Under the pieces are notes generated by a model. It ran no database searches and had not been told where the DNA came from. It saw nothing but the letters and a program-made list of their open reading frames with translations. A stretch of DNA of 49,119 nucleotides from Halocafeteria seosinensis (Eukaryota): the NCBI GenBank assembly GCA_001687465.1, contig LVLI01000240.1, positions 1 through 49,119 on the forward strand. Direction: 5' to 3'. This document shows positions 48,313-49,119 of this stretch, in pieces. Within the stretch, counting starts at the first letter, position 1. Each line of letters opens with the position of its first letter. The position numbers and the translations under genes were made by a program.

Positions 48313-48370
48313 TTATACGATATACTATAGATAATTATTTTAGATGTTTAAATTATAGAATAGATAAGGA
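48313..48370 (-). promoter_or_regulatory. 58-bp AT-rich divergent promoter region with four TCTA motifs on the minus strand
   Basis: TAGA on + at 48328, 48341, 48356 and 48361. The nearest TCTA is 15 nt upstream of the recombinase ATG. Confidence 0.5.
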
Positions 48371-49119
48371 ATGTCTACAAAGAAGAAAAGCATAGAGAAA
48401 ACAATGGATAAAATTTATTACAATGAAGGAAACCTATTTTCAAGAGATAAACTATTTGAAGTTATCAAGGATAGAAAGATAAAGATAACAAGGGATGAAA
48501 TGGATGACTGGTTAAAAAAGCAATATCTACACCAATTAACTAAACCACCTCCAAATTCAACCAAGGGAACAAGAAGTTTAAATAGTAATCAACCATTTAA
48601 TGTAATGGCTATGGATTTATCAAGTTTAGGAGATTTTATCTTCCTGGTATTAATTGATGTATTCACAAGGATGGCTTATGTAGAAATCATTGAAAATAAG
48701 AATGCTGAAACTGTAAAGAGAGGAATAAATAAAATCCTAATGAGACTACCAAAAATACGTAAAACTAGGAAAAGATACAAACCAAAAACAATATTAAGTG
48801 ATAATGGAGGAGAATTCAAGAATGGAATATTAAGAAACTTTATGAAGAAGAAAGGAATTAGACAAATATTTAGTATTGCTTCAAATCCCCAATCTAATAG
48901 TGTAGTAGAACGATTTAATGGAAGCTTTAAGAGATGGTTAAGAAAAATGGGAATGTTAAATGATATCATAGACCAAAAGACAGTAAACAAGATAGTTAAT
49001 AATTATAATCAATCAAACCACGAAACAATAGAGATGAGCCCGAAAGAAGCACTAAAAGAAGAAAACCATAAAAGGGTTAAACAAAATCTATTTAATAATA
49101 GAACCTTCAACCTACAAAG
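48371..49119 (+). CDS. Retroviral-type (rve) DDE integrase, Polinton/mavirus-like, 3' end outside the window
   Basis: Manual translation, open to the window end: MSTKKKSIEKTMDKIYYN...PFNVMAMDL...LVLIDVFTRMAY...ILSDNGGEF...NPQSNSVVERFNGSFK...YNQSNHETIEMSPKEA. Exactly 35 residues separate the second D and the E. Not in the ORF track. Confidence 0.95.
   Translation, partial: MSTKKKSIEKTMDKIYYNEGNLFSRDKLFEVIKDRKIKITRDEMDDWLKKQYLHQLTKPPPNSTKGTRSLNSNQPFNVMAMDLSSLGDFIFLVLIDVFTRMAYVEIIENKNAETVKRGINKILMRLPKIRKTRKRYKPKTILSDNGGEFKNGILRNFMKKKGIRQIFSIASNPQSNSVVERFNGSFKRWLRKMGMLNDIIDQKTVNKIVNNYNQSNHETIEMSPKEALKEENHKRVKQNLFNNRTFNLQ

Larger units (their letters stand above)
47352..49119. mobile_element. Endogenous virophage / Polinton-like virus segment, partial, runs off the window end
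   Basis: Sharp drop in GC (16/60 G+C in line 47521 versus 33/60 in line 45541). Intronless, tightly packed genes for a tyrosine recombinase and an rve integrase. No capsid, ATPase or polymerase gene lies within the window. Confidence 0.8.

Noticed and set aside
48676..48990. 104-aa minus-strand ORF in the track
   Set aside because: Antisense shadow of the rve integrase, which is open on + from 48371 with full catalytic motifs.

Overview
Gene-dense eukaryotic DNA of about 50% GC with short GT-AG introns, most consistent with a heterotrophic protist (possibly a stramenopile; this is inference only). Host genes: a full-size ABCG/PDR transporter, an F-box/LRR protein, a 1510-codon intronless protein with three GLUG-like glycine-rich modules, an LRR protein, a multi-IQ/WW protein, ERO1, MIF, a BPI/LBP protein, an HSPBP1/Fes1-like factor, a CaaX-ended protein, a nurim/MddA-family membrane protein and VWA8. 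Both ends hold mobile DNA whose key ORFs run off the window and are absent from the ORF track. Left end: a degenerate non-LTR retrotransposon reverse transcriptase. Right end (~47352-49119): an abruptly AT-rich, intronless segment with a tyrosine recombinase and a divergent rve DD35E integrase, separated by a TCTA-rich spacer. This is the signature of an endogenous virophage or Polinton-like virus. The most unexpected host feature is the nurim-like protein, whose N-terminus (MARTKSAPRKGHGG) resembles the histone H3 tail with K4 and K9 in register and whose C-terminus is Arg/Ser-rich. Exon boundaries were inferred by eye, and multi-exon genes are given as gene spans.
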